64,000 nt of DNA from Planctomycetota bacterium (GTDB lineage: Bacteria; Planctomycetota; UBA11346), in the NCBI GenBank assembly GCA_016745075.1, contig JADGDD010000002.1, positions 385,881-449,880 on the forward strand. Direction: 5' to 3'. Within the stretch, counting starts at the first letter, position 1; every line of letters starts with the position of its first letter. The position numbers were made by a program, and so were the translations under genes. Below the pieces are notes generated by a model. The model saw only the letters and a program-made list of their open reading frames with translations. It had not been told where the DNA came from and searched no databases. This document shows positions 59,642-64,000 of this stretch, piece by piece.

Positions 59642-60475
59642 ATGCAGTATAAAAACATTCAGATGTTATGGCCAGGCGGTTTGCCAGCAGCACTGACCAG
59701 TAGTTGGGATGATGGAACAAGTGCAGATAGGCGTTTGGTAGCCATTTATAAAAAGCATGGTTTAAAAGCTACGTGGAATCTGAATAGCGGTTTACTTGGT
59801 TGTAGCACAGCAGACAGCGGCTGGAAAGACTATGTTGGAGCTGATGAAGTGGCAGAGCTGTATGCTGGGCAAGAAGTTGCTTGTCATAGTTGCTGCCATC
59901 CACGTATTCATACTCAGCCTAAAGATGTGATACGTGATGATATGTTACGAGATAGACAAGCGCTTGAATCACTGGTTGCCTATCCTGTTCGTGGAGTGGC
60001 AACGCCAATGACATCACGGTACAATGCAAACCTAGCAGAATTATATGCGCAGATTGGCTTATTGTATGCGCGTGCCAGTGATCAAATCAATAGTACTTTT
60101 GATATTCCGTGGGACTTTTATTGCTGGGAGGTGAGTTGTCATTACCGTGATCAATTAGTCGAACGAAGCCAGCAATTTTGTGAACAGCAGCAACTGGGAC
60201 GTTTATTTTATCTTTGGGGTCATAGTTATGAACTCGATGATCATGATGATTGGCAAGGCTTTGAGCATTGGGCAGAGAATATCGGTGCTCGGGAAGATAT
60301 ATGGCATGCGACCAATCTCCAGATTTATGATTATGTTCAAGCGTGGCGAAACCTTCGTTGGACAATGGATAATCGTATTGTTCACAATCTATCTGCACAC
60401 ACTATATATTTTCAATATGATGATATGCAGATTTGTTTGTTGCCAAACATGATAAAAAATTTAGATGAGCTCTAA
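59642..60475 (+). CDS. Polysaccharide deacetylase (CE4/NodB-homology) family protein
   Basis: LTSSWDDGTSADRRL (D-D motif 1) and HSCCHPRIH (H-S/T-x-x-H motif 2). Confidence 0.65.
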   Translation: MQYKNIQMLWPGGLPAALTSSWDDGTSADRRLVAIYKKHGLKATWNLNSGLLGCSTADSGWKDYVGADEVAELYAGQEVACHSCCHPRIHTQPKDVIRDDMLRDRQALESLVAYPVRGVATPMTSRYNANLAELYAQIGLLYARASDQINSTFDIPWDFYCWEVSCHYRDQLVERSQQFCEQQQLGRLFYLWGHSYELDDHDDWQGFEHWAENIGAREDIWHATNLQIYDYVQAWRNLRWTMDNRIVHNLSAHTIYFQYDDMQICLLPNMIKNLDEL

Positions 60476-60480
60476 GAGAG

Positions 60481-60945
60481 ATGGCGGCATCTAATGTGTA
60501 TCCACCATATTGTTGTGCCATTTTACAAGATGAATGTGGCCAATTTATTTTAGAGCAACGTGGAGCAGATGCCAAGTATGCCGCCGGTACATTAACCTGT
60601 TTTGGTGGTGCGCGGGAAGATGGGGAAGAACCATTAGCTTGCATGCATCGTGAATTAACAGAAGAGTTGACATGGGTTCCTAGCCATCTGTATCGTGTTT
60701 GTGATTTATATGTAGATGGTGTGATAACAGCATGGTTTTTTACCAGTACAGAACTGGTGCCCGCACTGTGCGTCGCACGAGAATCTGGGCGCAGTTTACA
60801 ACGAATCGCTCAAGAGAAATTAGAAAATGCTGTTATAAGCCCGTGGCATAAAACCGTTTTGCGAGCCTTTATAACACAAACACGTGTAGATGGAAAAGAT
60901 TGGGGACAGCATTTTTATGCTGTCCCCAATACGCTAGAAAAATAA
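60481..60945 (+). CDS. Nudix hydrolase
   Basis: Nudix box GGAREDGEEPLACMHRELTEELTW (Gx5Ex7REUxEExGU). Confidence 0.8.
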   Translation: MAASNVYPPYCCAILQDECGQFILEQRGADAKYAAGTLTCFGGAREDGEEPLACMHRELTEELTWVPSHLYRVCDLYVDGVITAWFFTSTELVPALCVARESGRSLQRIAQEKLENAVISPWHKTVLRAFITQTRVDGKDWGQHFYAVPNTLEK

Positions 60946-60967
60946 TAAGCTTTTTGTTCGGTAAAAA

Positions 60968-60990
60968 CCCACCTCCTTACAGGGAGGGGT
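60968..60990 (+). terminator. GC-rich imperfect hairpin followed by a T-rich tract, downstream of the Nudix gene
   Basis: CCCACCTCC-TTACA-GGGAGGGGTG then ATTGATACATTTTGTTTAT. Confidence 0.4.
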
Positions 60991-61000
60991 GATTGATACA

Positions 61001-61031
61001 TTTTGTTTATACAAATGTCGTATAAACAAAA
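61001..61031. other. Perfect 12-bp AT-rich inverted repeat (TTTTGTTTATAC-AAATGTC-GTATAAACAAAA) between convergent genes
   Basis: Read directly. Could be a terminator for the minus-strand large gene or a protein-binding palindrome. Confidence 0.4.
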
Positions 61032-61046
61032 TGTATCTTGTGTACA

Positions 61047-63992
61047 TTAAGCACCCATTGGATGGGCACCCAGTGTACCGCTCAGATTTTCCAAGTAGGA
61101 AGCGCTGTCAATTTCTTCCAGTTTTTCTTTCGCTTCTGCTAGGCGCTGATGTACGTTTAAGCGTTCTGCTTCATCAGTATGAGACGTACGTTCCAAGAAC
61201 GAAGACAGTGCGTTGCAATGGCGTTCCCAGAGTTTGCTGTCTCGTTGTTGTTTCGTGCGTAGACGTTGCGCGTACCATTCACTGTTGAGGACACTTTCGC
61301 GGGTAAACAGGTCACGAACTTCTGAGTCAGTGATTGTTTTACCTTCGTAACTGCCAGTTGCCATAATGTGCAACAAAGCACGTAATGGTGGGCAGGCTTC
61401 TTCAACAGAACCATCGTCTAAATATTTTTGAGCAACACGTTGTTGTGCTTCAACAATATTATTAATGCCATCAGCAAAATTTTCTAAGCTTTGTAGCTCA
61501 GGCTTGAGCATGATGTCATCAAATACTTCAGATGGTTGGTCAAATAAACGGCCGAAGAAGGTGTGCAAGAATTTGGTGGTAATGCGGTAGCCAAGGCGGC
61601 TTGCATGAACCATTTGTCCGTCATGTTCAAAGTCTTCAAGTTTTTCAAGATGACCATCTGCAATGAGTGATTGTGGTTCGTATTCATGTGGATGCAGACG
61701 ACACCATAATTCAGGAATGAGCAAGCTTACATCATGATCGACACGACGCTCGTGACCAACATAGCCAGCAGCAGAAGAGAAACCTTGGTAGCCACACAGA
61801 ATAAAGCCGAGTAAGGCGTTATTTAAGTCAGCAGTAGCGCGGAGGGCGTTAAACGGTCCTTTAGTTAATGCGCCTTCAGAACCAGCACCAGTGGTTGATG
61901 GAGATTTACCAGTGAGGCTACAAATGAAATCCATAAACAATTCTGGAAGTTCTTGATAATGAATTGGGTTGTATACGGCTAATGGACGAATACCCGGTTC
62001 TGCAGGGTTATTACGACGACCAGGCAGAACAACGTTCACTGGATTAATAACCTGTTTGTTGACTGGAACGCGGCGTTTCAGGCGCGCACCAACTTCTGCA
62101 ATATAGCTATCACGTTGATCGAGCAGTTTTTCAGAGGTTTGCAAGTAACGTGGGTTTTTGGTTGGTTTGCCATTAACGATGCGTGGATGGGCAGAAGACA
62201 CAACAAAGGTATCTTCGTGACCTTCTTCTTCGTTTTCAGCGGTCTTTTTAATGAGGTCCTGCATTGGTTGTGTCCATGCAGAGAAATCAACACTGTTTTG
62301 AACCAGTTCTTGTGATTCTGTTTGGGTCATTGGTTTGTAGTTAGAAATGAAGACGCTATGGCCACCAAAGCCAGCAAGGTCACTTTCTGCCTGTTTATCA
62401 AACCCACGTACAATGGCTTCGTCTGGACGTTGGAAGAATCTGTTTTCACAGTTGGTTACTAATTTACAGCTTGGTAGGTCGAACTCGGCATAGACATTAT
62501 GCAGGGTGTTGGTGTTGACAATTGTTGAGACAGAAATGTCATCTTCCATCTGTATTTTGTCGGCTGGCATAAAGTCTTGGCGTAGTTTATGTGTGCGCCA
62601 GCTTCCATTGGTGCTGACACCAATGCGTAAGTAGTTTGCAACCAGTTTACGGCCCATGAAACGGAGTTCATGGCCAGGCCCACCATTAACGGTGTCTACA
62701 TTGAAGAACATGCGCCAGTTATCTTCCCAGCTGTCTGCATAGAATCGCTTAATAATGAAGAGCATTGCTGTGATGTGGCTTGGGATGGTTTCCAGCCAGG
62801 CATTGTATTCATCGGTAAACTCATTTGGTGATGGGGTAAACAATTTAATAACAGAACCAAGTGAGCGTTTTTGCGAGAGAAGTGGACGGGATGGTTTGTC
62901 TGAATAATCAGGACGGAATTTTTCAAGCAAACGATCTGAATAATCGCGTTTAAATAATTCGTCAATAATATCGAAATCTTTTTCCATATCTGCGGTGAAA
63001 ATTGGGCCGTAAATAATTGCATCAGAAATAGATTTTGAAATTTCAGACTTACCACCGCCAGAAACCGTACATGGTTTATGACAGAAAACACCTTCAGAAA
63101 CGGTGCCGACTAAACGCCAGCTTGGCGCAGCGGTATGTTTTTCCATGCGTACTTTGAATCCAGATGGATAAACATAGGTATGGGCTGCTAATAATGGTAG
63201 TTTTTGTTTTTGACCAAGGTGAACCCATTCAATGCTTTGCTTATCACGGTAGATAATCGCATCTTCTTGGATGTAAATAATATTTGGATATTTTTTATCT
63301 ATGGCATAGCCATTCGATTGAATGTCCATCATAGATGAGAACAGTGCGGTTGCATCAGCAAAGGTGTGGGTCATCGCATCTTGATGCTGGCAGTACATTT
63401 CACCCAAAGAGTATGAGGCGAAGGCGAGTGCGCCGCCTGCGTGTTCTTCTTCGGTTGCACCGTAGAGGTTGCTAGAGAAAGAAATTTGTGTTTTAACTTC
63501 TTTTTTGCAGTAGCCAAAATAGTTATCTGCAATCAGAGTGACGATAACGCCATCTTCATTACGTGCGCAGATTTTAAATGGAAGACCATCGTTGTAGAGT
63601 TCGTCGTCTTCTTTGTAGCACATGCCATCGGCTTTTTGGCGTTTGTTTGCTTTCTTAAATGGTGGCAAGCCAAGGTCTTTTTTGCGCAAGCCACGAATAT
63701 GTGGAGCAAGAATGACACAACCTGTATGGCCGGTCCAATGTTCTACATCAAGAGCAGCGTCATTTTCTGGCAGGTATGGAGCACCAGCATTGCCAAAAAT
63801 AGATTCAACAAAGTCAAGGTTACTGACTAAGCTGCCAGGAGCAAAAAAGCGAACTTCTAGGCTTTTCTCTGGGCTGACATCTGGTACTTCTGGGCAGACG
63901 GTTGGACGCAAGAGCAAAGATGCCCAACAAGACGCTTTTTCTTCTGAAGTGCTGGTGAATGGCAACTGCATGATATCGTCTGGTGGAGTCAA
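61047..63992 (-). CDS. Large conserved protein of unrecognised function, C-terminal 981 aa seen. The ORF continues past the window end, so the N-terminus is missing
   Basis: Uninterrupted 2.9 kb ORF with ordinary amino-acid composition and no internal stops. Size and composition suggest a large soluble enzyme. I could not assign a family from motifs. Confidence 0.55.
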   Translation of the reverse strand: MTPPDDIMQLPFTSTSEEKASCWASLLLRPTVCPEVPDVSPEKSLEVRFFAPGSLVSNLDFVESIFGNAGAPYLPENDAALDVEHWTGHTGCVILAPHIRGLRKKDLGLPPFKKANKRQKADGMCYKEDDELYNDGLPFKICARNEDGVIVTLIADNYFGYCKKEVKTQISFSSNLYGATEEEHAGGALAFASYSLGEMYCQHQDAMTHTFADATALFSSMMDIQSNGYAIDKKYPNIIYIQEDAIIYRDKQSIEWVHLGQKQKLPLLAAHTYVYPSGFKVRMEKHTAAPSWRLVGTVSEGVFCHKPCTVSGGGKSEISKSISDAIIYGPIFTADMEKDFDIIDELFKRDYSDRLLEKFRPDYSDKPSRPLLSQKRSLGSVIKLFTPSPNEFTDEYNAWLETIPSHITAMLFIIKRFYADSWEDNWRMFFNVDTVNGGPGHELRFMGRKLVANYLRIGVSTNGSWRTHKLRQDFMPADKIQMEDDISVSTIVNTNTLHNVYAEFDLPSCKLVTNCENRFFQRPDEAIVRGFDKQAESDLAGFGGHSVFISNYKPMTQTESQELVQNSVDFSAWTQPMQDLIKKTAENEEEGHEDTFVVSSAHPRIVNGKPTKNPRYLQTSEKLLDQRDSYIAEVGARLKRRVPVNKQVINPVNVVLPGRRNNPAEPGIRPLAVYNPIHYQELPELFMDFICSLTGKSPSTTGAGSEGALTKGPFNALRATADLNNALLGFILCGYQGFSSAAGYVGHERRVDHDVSLLIPELWCRLHPHEYEPQSLIADGHLEKLEDFEHDGQMVHASRLGYRITTKFLHTFFGRLFDQPSEVFDDIMLKPELQSLENFADGINNIVEAQQRVAQKYLDDGSVEEACPPLRALLHIMATGSYEGKTITDSEVRDLFTRESVLNSEWYAQRLRTKQQRDSKLWERHCNALSSFLERTSHTDEAERLNVHQRLAEAKEKLEEIDSASYLENLSGTLGAHPMGA

Positions 63993-64000
63993 TGCGGCTT

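Overview
This 64 kb window looks like bacterial chromosomal DNA of moderate GC content, densely packed with genes on both strands. Several pairs use 1-4 bp overlapping stop/start codons. I saw no rRNA, tRNA, CRISPR array, integrase or intact transposase. The host cannot be named from the sequence. The gene content (multiple hybrid sensor kinases, a DUF4388-type Ser/Thr kinase, a unimodular type-I QueF, many TPR proteins) suggests a non-enterobacterial lineage.

Housekeeping genes recognised:
- rseP, thyA, folA, queF, sthA, thrH, gyrB, dnaJ, grpE, cspA.
- Two DEAD-box RNA helicases, an NtrC-family sigma-54 activator, a Nudix hydrolase, and a GH94 cellobiose phosphorylase inside a small LacI-regulated sugar locus.

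Unusual content:
1. A PTS EIIA(Ntr)-like domain fused to a P-II-like domain, 4 bp upstream of a 395-aa polytopic membrane protein. This is a candidate phospho-regulated P-II/transporter module.
2. A four-copy tandem array of a structured 130-215 bp repeat carrying GGGAAA/TTTCCC microsatellite arms (about 55.2-55.85 kb). It runs directly into a truncated rhuM gene and a second in-frame-stop gene fragment, which points to a decayed island.
3. A HEPN (HI0074-family)/MNT toxin-antitoxin pair that begins 2 bp after the gyrB stop codon.
4. A signalling cluster: an NIT-domain hybrid kinase divergent from a translationally coupled operon of a DUF3391-like small protein, an HDOD protein and a second hybrid kinase. 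The small protein plus HDOD look like a split HD-GYP-type protein.
5. A 909-aa protein that resembles the Rho N-terminal and RNA-binding region fused to a DEAD-box core.
6. A conserved 17-bp palindromic motif present in both promoter regions of the LacI/SIS/HAD/GH94 locus, a candidate operator.

All domain assignments come from reading motifs in the ORF translations, not from database searches.
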